Part shown: one piece after another, positions 35,212 to 46,211 of the stretch | Layout: the number at the start of each line of letters is the position of its first letter | How positions within the stretch are numbered: position 1 is the stretch's first letter | Origin: a virus | Lineage: Duplodnaviria; Caudoviricetes | Virus record (IMG/VR): IMGVR_UViG_2974674860_000001 | Coordinates: 26,491 to 90,490 of that record | DNA: 64,000 nt | Direction: 5' to 3' (one strand) | The notes under the pieces: generated by a model | Databases searched by the model: none | What the model was told of the DNA's origin: nothing | The model's input: only the letters and a program-made list of their open reading frames with translations | Translations under genes and position numbers: made by a program

Positions 35212-36582
35212 ATGACCCTCACCCTCGAACCGCCCCTCAACCCGAACTACGTCGCCACCGTCGTCAAGCTCGGCGCGCCGCACACCCTCGACGGCCTCGA
35301 CAACCTCGTCGGCGTGCCCGTCTTCGGCCTCCAGGCACTGACCACCAACGACCACGAGGTCGGCGAACTGATGGTCGCGTTCACCGCGGAGACCCAGCTC
35401 TCCGAGGAGTTCACGAAGATGAACAACCTCTACCGCGATACCGACCTGAACGTCAGCTCGTCGGCGCCCCGTGGCTACCTCGAAGCCAACCGCCGGGTGC
35501 GAGCCATCCGACTCAAGGGCCATCAGTCCAGCGCGCTACTGTTGCCTGTCTCGTGCATCGAGTACACCGGCATCAACCCGGCCGAACTCGAGGCCGGAAT
35601 GTCGTTTGACCAGCTCAACGGGCATGAAATCTGCCGCAAGTACGTCGTGCCGGTCAAGAGCAACCCGGGCCGCACCGCCAAGCAGGCCGAGAAGGCCTTC
35701 CGCAAGGTCGACGAGAAGGTCTTCCCGCTCCACATCGACACCGCCAACTTCTGGCGCGCACTGCCCGAACTCAAGGGCCTCGGCGGCGAGCTGATCATCA
35801 CCCAGAAGCTCCACGGCACCTCGGTCCGCGCCGGCAACGTCCCGGTCCTCAACCCGCCCATCGAGCCCGCCTTCAACGGCCTGCGCCGCAAGCTCGGCCT
35901 CACCCCCAAGCCAGCCCGACCAGCCACGACCGTCTGGGCCGAAGACACCGAGTTCGTCGTCGGCTCCAAGCGCGTCATCAAGGACGAGGCCAACGCCAGC
36001 CAGGGCTTCTACGGCGGCGTCGACGTCTTCACCGCCGTCGCCACCGAGCAGCTCGACGGCAAGATCCCCGAGAACTTCATGGTCTACGGCGAGATCATCG
36101 GCTGGGTGCCCGGCACCGACAAGCCGATCCAGAAGGGCTACACCTACAACCTGCCCCAGGGCCGCGCTGACCTCTACATCTACCGCGTCGCCATGATCAA
36201 CCGCAGCGGCCAGATCGCCGACCTGTCCTGGGACGCCGTGAAGACCTTCTGCTCCGAGCGCGGACTCAAGTGGGTGCCCGAGTATGCCCGCATCCCCGCC
36301 ATCCGACTCAAGCGCGCATTCGGCGACCTCAACATGACGAAACTCGTCGAGGAGTACCTCGACGTTCGCCACGAAGACGTGTGGCTCGACGGCGGGCCCG
36401 TGTACCGCGAGAAGCCCGTCCCGCTCTCCAACAAGAAGACCGTCGACGAGGGCGTCTGCATCCGCCAGGACAACACCGTCCCGACCATCCTCAAGGCCAA
36501 GAGCCCCAAGTTCTTCGAGCACGAGACCAAGCTGCTCGACAAGGGCGAGGTCGACATCGAGAGCGCGGAGTCGGCGGCATGA
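35212..36582 (+). CDS. rnl: ATP-dependent RNA ligase (Rnl2/DRB0094-like)
   Basis: Motif I TQKLHGTS, YGEIIG, motif IV EGVCIR, motif V LKAKS. Confidence 0.85.
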   Translation: MTLTLEPPLNPNYVATVVKLGAPHTLDGLDNLVGVPVFGLQALTTNDHEVGELMVAFTAETQLSEEFTKMNNLYRDTDLNVSSSAPRGYLEANRRVRAIRLKGHQSSALLLPVSCIEYTGINPAELEAGMSFDQLNGHEICRKYVVPVKSNPGRTAKQAEKAFRKVDEKVFPLHIDTANFWRALPELKGLGGELIITQKLHGTSVRAGNVPVLNPPIEPAFNGLRRKLGLTPKPARPATTVWAEDTEFVVGSKRVIKDEANASQGFYGGVDVFTAVATEQLDGKIPENFMVYGEIIGWVPGTDKPIQKGYTYNLPQGRADLYIYRVAMINRSGQIADLSWDAVKTFCSERGLKWVPEYARIPAIRLKRAFGDLNMTKLVEEYLDVRHEDVWLDGGPVYREKPVPLSNKKTVDEGVCIRQDNTVPTILKAKSPKFFEHETKLLDKGEVDIESAESAA

Positions 36583-37148
36583 CCGAGGAGTACCGACCAG
36601 TCCCGGGCTTCGAGACGCACTATCAGGTCTCGAACCTCGGCAACGTCCGGTCGATCGATCGCACGATCACCGACACCCGCGGCGTTCTACGCAGCATGCG
36701 CGGCAAGCAGCTCTCCGCTGCCTCGCACGCCGACGGATACCGGTACGTGAACCTCCGCATCGGCAGCGACGTCCAGAACGTCGTCAACATCCGCCAGCTC
36801 GTGGCCGCCGCATTCCTCGGCCACCCGCTGCACGACCGATCCAAGGTGATCGTCAACCGCAACGAGGACCGGGCCGATGACCGCGCCGAGAACCTCACGC
36901 TCGTCGACGGCCGATCCTTCCGCGCCGACCTGGTCGCCCGGGCCCGCGAGTCGATCACCGCCCGTGAGGTCTGCGGCCGCGGTCACAAGATGGTCGAGGA
37001 GAACATCTACGAGCCCGGCCGGCGTTGCCGGGCGTGCCACCTCGGCCGCTCCTACGTGTACCGCAAGGGCCTGACCCGCGCTGACATCGCCCCGGCGTCG
37101 GACAAGGCCTACGCCAAGCTCCTCGGCATCGAAGGGGTCGCGGCGTGA
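36579..37148 (+). CDS. NUMOD4-HNH family endonuclease, possibly degenerate
   Basis: YRPVPGFETHYQVSNLGNVRS; NRNEDRADDRAENL; CGRGH zinc motif. Confidence 0.8.
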   Translation: MTEEYRPVPGFETHYQVSNLGNVRSIDRTITDTRGVLRSMRGKQLSAASHADGYRYVNLRIGSDVQNVVNIRQLVAAAFLGHPLHDRSKVIVNRNEDRADDRAENLTLVDGRSFRADLVARARESITAREVCGRGHKMVEENIYEPGRRCRACHLGRSYVYRKGLTRADIAPASDKAYAKLLGIEGVAA

Positions 37149-39720
37149 GGTTCGTCAAGATCACCGTCGACCACTCCCGCACGATCAGCCGCGTGAAAGT
37201 CACCGCCGACGAGGTCCGCGTGAAGGTCCGCCGGCAGGAGTTCGACGGCCCAACCGCGTGCCAGATCGCGCACGAGGTCGACCGCATCGTCCCCGCCCTC
37301 GACCGCAAGCTCAAGGGCAACCTCTACCTGACCCAGCGATGCGACACGGGAGCCTGGGGCGAAGTCCCCATGCTCTCGCTCCACGACGACCACGGCGAGC
37401 GGTTGCGCATCGAGTTCGATCCCGCCGGCAACGCGGTGGAGGTCGTCGACCGAGATGCAACCAGCTGATCTCGGAATCTACGTCGACGACGGCGAGCACC
37501 AGGCATGGCTCGCCTTCGTCGACGTGATGACCGACGACCTCATCGAGCACCGGGACTGGGAATGGTACTGGCCACAGTTCCGTGATGACTACCTCGAAGA
37601 CGAACGAAACAACCTGCACTGAAAGGGGATTGGCGTGCGAAGTTTCAAGGTCCACGTGTCCACGAACGTCTCGTGCTCCATCGTGGTCGACGCCGAGGAT
37701 CAGGCCGAAGCCGAGGAGCTGGCAATCCAGCTCCTCCCGCAGCCCAACGACTGGAACTGGGACAACAGCGACTACTACGAGGTCGCCGACGTTGAGGAGC
37801 TGACGTGACCGGCTGGATCGCCTTCGCCATCCTCGCGCCCCTCTCGGCCACCCTTCTCCTGCTCCTCGTGGTGACCATCGCCGATCGTGATCGCATCGAC
37901 GATGACCTGCGCACCGAGATCCACTCGCGCATGAACTACGAGCAGAGGTCCAACATCGCCGAGGGCAAGCTCGCCAGCGTCGACAAGGTGCTCAAGACCG
38001 CCCACGGCGATCTGATTCACCGCAGCGCACTACAGATGGCCCTCGGACGAAAGGAGCTTCGGTGACCGAATGGCATGTTGGACAGAAGGTCTGGTTCAGC
38101 CCCGGCCACCGCCGACGGGGCGCCAGCCAGGACCGCGAGGTTGAGATCACCAAGCTCGGCCGAAAGTACGCATACGTCAACGTCATCGAGCACGGCAAGG
38201 ACGTCGGCTTCGACATGCGCACCGGCCGACAAAAGGGCGACCCGAACAGCTCATGGCTGGGGCACTTCATCACGATGGAGCGCCACCTGAACCAGGAGCG
38301 CGAGCGCGCCGTGCTCGGCGCACTCAGCTCCCGGCACGACTTGGTCTACAAGACCGCCCGCTTCCGGCATGAGCCCACCAGGCACTCGCTCGACACCCTC
38401 GAACTGGTCCTCGAAGTCCTCGACCGAGGGGTTGCCAGTGCAGACGATCTGTGACGAGTGGCCGGTCGCCCGCAAGCCGCACTTGTGCATGCACTGCAGC
38501 CGGGCGATCAACAAGGGCGAGAAGTACAACCGCCAGTTCAATGTCGTCGCCGGGGATGCGTGGACCTACAAGACCTGCCGGCACTGTCGGGCGCTCGTCA
38601 GCCTGATCGACATCAACCCCTGGGGCGAGGGCATCACGGACTGGGACATCGCCGACTACGAGCCCCGCACCGCCGACGAGGAATGGCTCCTCGAATGCTG
38701 GCGCAACCGATGGACATACCCAAGTGGCCGGCTCATGCCGGTGCCAAGTGAGAAGGAGAATCAGCATGTCTGACAACGTGATCCGAATCGGCCTGGAAGT
38801 CACCCTCAAGGCTCAGACCTACATCACGATGGACGCCGGCCGCGTCGCCGAGATGGAATCCGCCGGCATCGACACCGACGACCCGGAGACCGTCGCCCTG
38901 TACCTGGAGCGCGAGTTCGATCGGCACAACGAGATCGACGCCATCTGCGACTTCTCCCAGCTCGAAGGCGTCCTCGCCGTCGACGACCTGGAGATCTTCG
39001 ACATCCAGGTGAACGGGAGCCGCTCGTGAAGGACTTCGAGATCATCATCACCGGCGACGCGGACCTCCGCGGAGTCGACCCGGCAACAGCCGAGGAGATC
39101 GCCGCGGAGCTGAACGAGAAGATCCGAGAACTGCTCGGGCGAAAGAAGTATCGGACCCTCAAGGTCGAGTCGCTCTACGTCGACGTCCATCCGATCGGGG
39201 GCCGGTCGTGAGCATGCACGTCGGCCGGTCGTTCTACGGCCACCCCCTCGAAGATGAGTGCCCCTGCCCGCAGGCGCCGTGTGGTCTCGTCGACACGGCG
39301 CTGGTCCACCCCGACTGTGACCAGCACCCGTTCGACCGGGCCAAGACCCTGCGTCAGGCACACCCGGCCGAGTCCTGCGAGCTGCTGCATGGGTGACCCC
39401 GTCCGGCCCAACCCGCCGCTGCCGAGCTACCGGGAGGCTATCCAGGCCAGGCGTTGGGTCGGGGTCGACCTCGAAGGCGACCGGGAGACGGCCGACCAGC
39501 TCATCGGCAGCGACACCTGGGTGTCGACCGAGCCCGACGGCGGCCTGTACCTCACCACGATCTACCTCGAAGAGTGCCTGCGTCGCCTGCAGGGCATCGA
39601 GGTCATGGTCGACACCCTGACGACCTTGGGTCGGCCACCGATCCAGCTCGAAGCAGACATCCTCAGCATGATCCGCCGAGGTGCGTGGGCACCACCGGTG
39701 GCCTGACGAAAGGAATCGCA
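37145..39720 (+). other. run of small hypothetical genes (37145-37468, 37635-37808, 37805-38065, 38062-38454, ~38441-38773, ~38766-39029, 39026-39211, 39208-39396, ~39389-39706)
   Basis: Overlapping start/stop codons and phage-like codon usage; no family recognised. Confidence 0.55.
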
Positions 39721-40352
39721 TGTACATCGACATCGACCGGCTCGATATGGAGTCCGTGATCGCGAACTCCTACAAGAACTTTCACACCAAGGGGTTCGAC
39801 TACATCTGCATCGGCCGCACGCCCGCGCTGACCGAGAAGCTGTACTTCTTCAACGGGGACGTCAGCCTGCTGCCCGACGTGGTCAACCCCCACGACCACC
39901 GGTACCACTTCTGGACCACCTGCCTGGCCGGCGGTGTCGGCAACAGCGTCTATGAGGAGGTCGGCAACACGTCCGATCCGCTCGACGTCTTCCGCTCGGT
40001 GGCCGTCGACGTGTTCGACTACCTCACCCCGCTCAACGGTGGCGACGGATTCACCCACCGCGGGCGCACGCACCTGATGGAGATCGGCCGCTGGGACTAC
40101 GCCCCCGGCGAGCGGTACTCGATGATGGCCGACGAGATCCACACCATCCACATCAACCAGCCGGGCACTGTGCTCTACCTGCGCCAATACCAGGATGTCG
40201 TCCCCGTCGGCACGCCCACGCGGACCTACTCGCCGGACGCCTCGCCGACGCCCACGACGGCCGATGACGGGCTCTACGACAAGTACACCGCCGACGAGAT
40301 CGTCGCGCAGCTGCGGATCTACAACGACAAAGTCTCAGGAGGAATGGCGTGA
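39720..40352 (+). CDS. cupin-fold (cysteine-dioxygenase-like) protein
   Basis: HDHRYHF...CLAG and a distal EIHTI are metal-ligand-like motifs. Confidence 0.55.
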   Translation: MYIDIDRLDMESVIANSYKNFHTKGFDYICIGRTPALTEKLYFFNGDVSLLPDVVNPHDHRYHFWTTCLAGGVGNSVYEEVGNTSDPLDVFRSVAVDVFDYLTPLNGGDGFTHRGRTHLMEIGRWDYAPGERYSMMADEIHTIHINQPGTVLYLRQYQDVVPVGTPTRTYSPDASPTPTTADDGLYDKYTADEIVAQLRIYNDKVSGGMA

Positions 40353-40699
40353 GCACAATTCGGGAACTCTGGCTCAATCCCGCCACTGGCGAGTTCTACT
40401 GGCAGCTCGACAACTGGGGCGGGTTCTGGAATGGCGAGGGGGGCTGGGGCGACCAGAAGCGCGACTCCATCCCCGAGGGCTGCCTCCTGTTGATCAAGGA
40501 CGGCCAGGCCGCTCCCGGGATCGAGAGCGTGGCCTACCCCGAGTCGGCCGAACTCATCGAGCGCCACGGCAAGGACGCCCGACGGCGGCAGCTGGAGCGC
40601 GAGTATCGCGAGTCCTACCGGCCGCCGGCGTACTGGCAGTCCGACGGGTACCGCGAACTCCAGGCGCGCATGCGCGAAGAAGGTCTCCTCGATGAGTGA
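40349..40699 (+). CDS. hypothetical protein
   Basis: GGAGG RBS and four-base overlap. Confidence 0.55.
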   Translation: MSTIRELWLNPATGEFYWQLDNWGGFWNGEGGWGDQKRDSIPEGCLLLIKDGQAAPGIESVAYPESAELIERHGKDARRRQLEREYRESYRPPAYWQSDGYRELQARMREEGLLDE

Positions 40700-41048
40700 G
40701 GCCGAATGGCGGTCGGTGCCGGATTACGAGGGGTACTACGAAGCGTCCTCGGCCGGCGAGATCCGCCGGCTGACCCGCCAAGTCGCCCGGCGCGCCGGCA
40801 GCGAGGCCACTCACACGGGCAAGACCCTCAGGCCATCAGTGAACGCCCGAGGCTACCCGCAAGTTCGCCTCTCCCGCGAGGGCAAGTCGAAGCTCCATAT
40901 GGCCGCCCGGGTCATCCTCAGCGCCTTCGAGGGCCCCGGCGACTGGGACGACGTCGCAGTACCCATCGACGACGACTGGACCAACCTGGCCGTCGACAAC
41001 CTCACCTGGATGAGCCGCCTGCAGCTCGCCGACCGAAACAGGAGATAG
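40692..41048 (+). CDS. NUMOD4 domain protein (degenerate HNH)
   Basis: EWRSVPDYEGYYEASSAGEIR...DWTNLAVDNLTW. Confidence 0.75.
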   Translation: MSEAEWRSVPDYEGYYEASSAGEIRRLTRQVARRAGSEATHTGKTLRPSVNARGYPQVRLSREGKSKLHMAARVILSAFEGPGDWDDVAVPIDDDWTNLAVDNLTWMSRLQLADRNRR

Positions 41049-41312
41049 CACCCATGCACCCAGCCGACCTCAAGCCGACCGACGTCGGATCGACCCTGGA
41101 GATTGCCACCAAGGTCAAGTCCAAGCCGGTCCGCGGCACCATCGTCGAGATCCAGCCGCCGCGTGGCGGGGTCATCCGAGTGCTGCTGCGCCAGGCCTTC
41201 GGAAACCGTTGGTACACACTGACGAACGCCGACACAGTGGAACTCCCCGCGTAGTAGTGTTGCGTGTCTCATACGTGCTAGAGTTGCACCCGATCTAGTG
41301 AAAGGAGATCAA

Positions 41313-41810
41313 GTGAGCGTTTTCACCGACGTCGCCGCGTTCCATGCGGCGGCCGACCTGGAGCGACCATCCGTCCCGACCGTGCCCGGTCCGCGCTTTG
41401 GCTCCGTCGCCCTCAGTCAGGTCCAGGCGATGGTCAAGAGCCTCGGCCTGGCCCGGCGCTTGAGCAAGGAGCTGTCGCTGGTCAACGGTGACGACGTGGC
41501 ATTGCGCCGCATTCGCCTCATGGTCGAAGAGCTGACCGAGACCGTCGTCGCCATCCTCGAAGGCGACGTCGTCGGCACCACCGACGGGCTGACCGACCTG
41601 CAGTACGTCACCGCGGGCTCGGCCGTCGACTTCGGCATCGACCTCGACTGGGCGCACCGCATCGTCCACGACGCCAACATGGCCAAGCGCAACCCGGCCA
41701 CCGGCAAGTTCGACAAGGACCCGGCCAACAAGATCATCAAGCCCGAAGGCTGGGTCGGCCCCGAGGACAAGCTGATCGACATGCTCATCAGCAGCGGCTG
41801 GGAGGTCTGA
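41313..41810 (+). CDS. MazG-like / PRA-PH-like nucleotide pyrophosphohydrolase
   Basis: VAAFH...EELTE...DGLTDLQYVTAG...VHDANMAK...KIIKPEGW. Confidence 0.85.
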   Translation: MSVFTDVAAFHAAADLERPSVPTVPGPRFGSVALSQVQAMVKSLGLARRLSKELSLVNGDDVALRRIRLMVEELTETVVAILEGDVVGTTDGLTDLQYVTAGSAVDFGIDLDWAHRIVHDANMAKRNPATGKFDKDPANKIIKPEGWVGPEDKLIDMLISSGWEV

Positions 41811-42226
41811 TGTTCATTCGCAACCTCATCGCCCGCGGGGCTGCCATCGCTGCCGGCGCTGCGCTCGGCGGCAAGCTCTTCGGCACCGTCGACGCGCCCT
41901 GGAGCGCCGTGATCACTGTCATAGCCTCGGCTGTCGCCCTCTCCTTCGTCATGTTCTGGATCAACGAGGCGAAAGCTGGGGGGAGCGCGATGACCAGCAG
42001 CAGCAGCGGATCTCAATCCGGCGGACTCGGGCTCGCCAGTGTCCTGACCGTCATCTTCGTGGTGCTCAAGCTCACCGACAACATCGACTGGTCATGGATC
42101 TGGGTCCTCTCCCCGATATGGATCAGTGTCGCCATCCTCCTGCTGATCCTGATCGTCGGCGGCGTCATCGTCGTCGGGATCGCCGCCGCCGGTGCGCTCA
42201 AGTCCAGCCGAAAGGGTCGCCGATGA
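41810..42226 (+). CDS. membrane protein(s)
   Basis: FVVLKLTDNIDWSWIWVLSPIW; a second start is possible at 41990. Confidence 0.6.
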   Translation: MFIRNLIARGAAIAAGAALGGKLFGTVDAPWSAVITVIASAVALSFVMFWINEAKAGGSAMTSSSSGSQSGGLGLASVLTVIFVVLKLTDNIDWSWIWVLSPIWISVAILLLILIVGGVIVVGIAAAGALKSSRKGRR

Positions 42227-43149
42227 CGACCCTGACCTGCATGCGCGGATACCCAGGGTCGGGCAAGTCGACCGAGGCCCGGGCCATCGCCAAGAGCGCC
42301 AAGGCCGCCACAGTCATCATCGGTCGGGACTATATCCGCGAGATGCTGTTCGGCCCCGACTACCAGCAGAACTCGTCGGCCGAGGACACCGTCACCGTCG
42401 CCCAGCGGTCGCAGATCACTGCGCTCCTCAAGGCGGACACCGATGTGATCGTCGACGACTGCAACGTCAATGCTCAATACCTCAAGTCGTTCCGCGATCT
42501 CGCCCGTCGAGCTGGCGCCCATTTCCAGGTCGTCGATGTGCCGACCGATGTGGAAACGTGCATCGTTCGCGACTTCGCACGGTACGAGCAGGGGGGTCGG
42601 CACGTCGGAGAGGCGGTCATCCGCAAGATGGCCAAGCGTCACCCGATCTCGAAGTGGTCGACCGTGAAGCCGCGTCAGCCGATCGTAGTCCGGCCCCTCC
42701 AGGAGGGTGAGAACAGCGAGATGCTGATGCCGGTGTACATCGTCGACATCGATGGCACCCTGGCCAATCACGACGGCATCCGCAGCCCGTACGACTACAC
42801 CAAGGTCGCCGAGGACACGCTGCACGAAGATGTTGCGTATCTCGTGAACAAGCTGGCCGAGAACAACGGGATCATCATCATGTCCGGCCGTGACGACACC
42901 TGCCGTCACGACACCGCGATGTGGCTCGCGATGAACGACATCACGTTCGACAACCTCTACATGCGGCCAACAGCAGGGGTCGACGAGCGAGCCAAAGACC
43001 CCGACTGGATCGTCAAGCTCGGACTCTTCAACAAGCACATTCGCAACCAGTACCACGTCCGAGGCGTGATCGATGACCGCCAGCAGGTCGTCGACCTCTG
43101 GCGCCAGCTCGGCCTGCGCTGCTACCAGGTCGCACCCGGCGACTTCTGA
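42223..43149 (+). CDS. pnk: polynucleotide kinase/3'-phosphatase (T4 Pnk-like)
   Basis: MRGYPGSGKST and RD...F kinase motifs; IVDIDGTLA HAD, SGR, DDRQQV. Confidence 0.93.
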   Translation: MTTLTCMRGYPGSGKSTEARAIAKSAKAATVIIGRDYIREMLFGPDYQQNSSAEDTVTVAQRSQITALLKADTDVIVDDCNVNAQYLKSFRDLARRAGAHFQVVDVPTDVETCIVRDFARYEQGGRHVGEAVIRKMAKRHPISKWSTVKPRQPIVVRPLQEGENSEMLMPVYIVDIDGTLANHDGIRSPYDYTKVAEDTLHEDVAYLVNKLAENNGIIIMSGRDDTCRHDTAMWLAMNDITFDNLYMRPTAGVDERAKDPDWIVKLGLFNKHIRNQYHVRGVIDDRQQVVDLWRQLGLRCYQVAPGDF

Positions 43150-43270
43150 TGGTCGACGCCCTGCTGCGCGCCCTCTGTCGCCTCTCTCACCACAAGTGGG
43201 TCGAGATGGCAGAGGGCGCGCCGCGGCACGAATGCCAGTACTGCAACAGCATCAAGGAGGAACAACCCTG

Positions 43271-43733
43271 ATGGGCCCCAAGCCATCACCCATTCGCGAC
43301 CTCGTCGCCGCGGCGATCGGTGCCACCGACGCCATCGACGTCGAGATGCTCATCTCCGAGTTCGAGATGACCCACGTCGTCGAGACCCGATCGGACCGCA
43401 ACTTCGACATGGGCCTCATCGCAGCCCGACAGCACGAAGACGCCGCCGAGATCCAGCGCCTCGAAGAGCTGCTCATCGGATTGGGGGTCGACCCGCATGC
43501 GAAAGTCTGACCGCAAGAAGGTGATCGGCTGGTCCCTCGCCGTCGCAGCCGTCGGGGCGCTGACCCTGACCGGATGTGGTGCCGGCAGTAGCCACTTCTC
43601 GGGTGACGGGGACTTTGGCCAAGAGCCCAAGCTCATGCAAATCGAGCTACCCGACGGCCGGACGATTCCGTGCCTGTTCCTGGGCAAGAGCCAGCACCGC
43701 GTGATGTCCTGCGACTGGGATGAGGCCCACTGA
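43271..43733 (+). other. two small genes (43271-43510, 43497-43733; the second is a lipoprotein)
   Basis: The second has an LTLTGC lipobox. Confidence 0.55.
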
Positions 43734-44299
43734 TGGCGCGGGTGGGAATCGATCTCGACGGCGTGCTCTACCAGTTCCACTGCGCCCTGCGGGAGTTCAT
43801 GTGCGACCTCGGCTTCTCGATGGACGACATGCCCGACCCGGCCGAGTGGTCCTTCGGCGAAACCTGGGGCCTGAATGGCAAGGGCTTCAAGATGGTCTGC
43901 GACCTGGCGGCCGACCAGGGCCGCCTGTGGAACTACCACAAAGCCTCGGATGCTGACGTGAGTGCGCTCCACCGCCTGGTTGCCAACGGACACACGATCC
44001 ACATCGTCACCGCCCGCGACTTCGGCACTCGCGCAGGCGTCACCCAGGCGGCCACACTCGCCTGGCTCAAGGGGAACGACATCCCGTTCGACTCGATCAC
44101 CTTCTCGACGGACAAGACCGTCGTGAAGCTCGACTACATGATCGAGGACAACGTCGAGAATCACCTGGCCCTGCACCGCGTCGGCGTTGAGTCCGTGTTG
44201 CTCACCCAGCCATGGAACCGGCACCTGCCCGCCACCCGGGTCGCGACCGTGAGCGAGTTCGTCGACTTCGTCCTCCACCCCGACCCCATGCCGTTCTGA
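43733..44299 (+). CDS. 5'(3')-deoxyribonucleotidase-like HAD phosphatase
   Basis: GIDLDGVL, IVTAR, MIEDN, QPWNR. Confidence 0.85.
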   Translation: MARVGIDLDGVLYQFHCALREFMCDLGFSMDDMPDPAEWSFGETWGLNGKGFKMVCDLAADQGRLWNYHKASDADVSALHRLVANGHTIHIVTARDFGTRAGVTQAATLAWLKGNDIPFDSITFSTDKTVVKLDYMIEDNVENHLALHRVGVESVLLTQPWNRHLPATRVATVSEFVDFVLHPDPMPF

Positions 44300-44307
44300 G
44301 GAGAGCA

Positions 44308-45048
44308 ATGAGCACACTCACCACCGAAGAGATCCGCCAGACCTCGTCCACTGGCGCCGAGAAGGGTCAGAAGATCCAGCGCGTCGACCTCCTCCCCGTC
44401 CGGCCGCTACTCAAGGTCGCCGAGCACTATGGCGTCGGAGCAAAAAAATATGCCGAAAGGAACTGGGAGGCAGGATATTCCTGGTCACTCAGTTACCAGT
44501 CGCTCATGCGCCACGCGCTGCAGTTCTGGGCCGGCGAGGACATCGACGAAGAAACCGGCACGCCCCACATGGCCGCCGTCGTCTTCCACGCCCTCGCGCT
44601 CATGGAGTTCATGGAGACCCACCGCGAGTTCGACAACCGACCATCGACGACCGAGGCCCAGCGCCAGGCCGCCGAGCTGGCCCAGGCGATCGAGCACGCA
44701 GGCATGCTCTGGTCGCTGCCGGACGAGCCCACGAAGATCGAGTTCGACACGTACACGCCCGAGCCGGTCGACCCTGATCCGACCTGGACCGACCTCGACG
44801 ACGTGCCCACGAGCGTCGGCTATGTCATCGACCAGGACGGCGACTACTGGCGACGCGACGAAGACGACATCTGGACGGCCAACACGACCACCACGCCTCT
44901 GCAGCCGAGCTTCTGGCATCCATGGTCGTGGAGCATCCCGAAGCGCCCGCCGATCATCGAGAGCCTGCGCGCCGCGGACATGTCCGACCAGCGATTCCAG
45001 GTCGCCGAGCAACTCGCCCGCACATCCGCGGGCCGGATGCGGCCGTGA
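44308..45048 (+). CDS. DUF5664-like dATP/dGTP diphosphohydrolase domain protein
   Basis: GAKKYAERNWEAG...SLMRH...EDIDEETGTPHMAAVVFHAL. Confidence 0.75.
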   Translation: MSTLTTEEIRQTSSTGAEKGQKIQRVDLLPVRPLLKVAEHYGVGAKKYAERNWEAGYSWSLSYQSLMRHALQFWAGEDIDEETGTPHMAAVVFHALALMEFMETHREFDNRPSTTEAQRQAAELAQAIEHAGMLWSLPDEPTKIEFDTYTPEPVDPDPTWTDLDDVPTSVGYVIDQDGDYWRRDEDDIWTANTTTTPLQPSFWHPWSWSIPKRPPIIESLRAADMSDQRFQVAEQLARTSAGRMRP

Positions 45049-45232
45049 GCGCGCCGCTCGCGCCACTGGCCGGGGTCACAACGACCTCAGCCCTGGCTAT
45101 CACGCTACTGATGAGACTCGAGCCACTAGGGGTGATCCTCTCCCGTGCGGAGGCTGAAATGCTTGCTCACGCAATCGAGTTCGACTTCGACGTCGACTTC
45201 AAGCACCCCGACTACCGACAAGGAGCAAGCGG

Positions 45233-46211
45233 TGACGTCCCCGACATTCTCGCCTAAGCAGCGGGCCTACCTCGCCCAGGTGGTGCGCGGCGAGCTGGAT
45301 CGCTGGCAGGTGGAGATACAGACCCTCCGGTCGGGCTGTGCGTCGAACTTCGTGAGCTTCAACGAGAGCGCCGGCGAGAAGGTTGTCGACGCACTGATTC
45401 GACATGGCGGGATAGCGCCCGCGCACACCACCCATGACCGCGCCGTGGAGGTCACAAAGGCGTCGATCCGCGGGTCGTCGGAGTGGCTTGCCGCCGAGAA
45501 CGCGGCTGCTGTCGTCAAGGCGCTCGACGATGCTGGCCTGCTCGTGAAGGACCCGTCTTGATGCCGGGCCTGACCGAGCGGCGCCTCGGCAACCGGTTCT
45601 ATCGCGACTGGACCAACAGCATGGCCGACCTGTTCGAGGACTGGGTCCGCGAACTCGAAGCCGCAGACATCCCGCCGGCCGACTGGGTTCCGATCGTCGC
45701 CGACAGCGTGTTCCCGGTCGTCGCCGACGAGTTCGCGGAGTGGCTGGGTGACTGCTACTGACTGCGGCGGCTGCCGGGGCCTGGGTGGGCACTCGCCGCG
45801 GTGCCACACCCAGCCCGGCGCCCACTGGCGTCGCCTCGAAGACCTCGCCGAGCGCCTCGGCGACAGCATCGGGCCGAACGACATGGCCGCGGCGAACATG
45901 GCCTACGCCGTCGCCGGGCGGATGCGGGCCCGACACAGGGAGGAGGTGGAGCGTGCCCGAGCTGCCACCTGACCTACCGAGGGACCAGGCCCGCTGCATC
46001 AAGTGCTTCGCCCCCATCAACCGCTGGCACGGCATCTGCGCCAACTGCACACACGGAAGACCGGAGGACCTCCCATGCCTGACTACCAGGTGACGCTCTA
46101 CGCGACCGAGACCATCGAGGTCTGCGCCGACGACGAGCACGACGCCTACGCCCAGGCCGAGTCGTACGCGAACATGGAGACCTGGGACTACCACACAGTG
46201 GACCCGCTCTG
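45233..46211 (+). other. several small hypothetical genes
   Basis: Short coupled ORFs, some with Cys-rich zinc motifs; boundaries are uncertain. Confidence 0.4.

Noticed and set aside
44308-45048. Evidence for a Z-base (2-aminoadenine) genome
   Set aside because: No purZ or dedicated polymerase appears in the window, and this domain also occurs without them.
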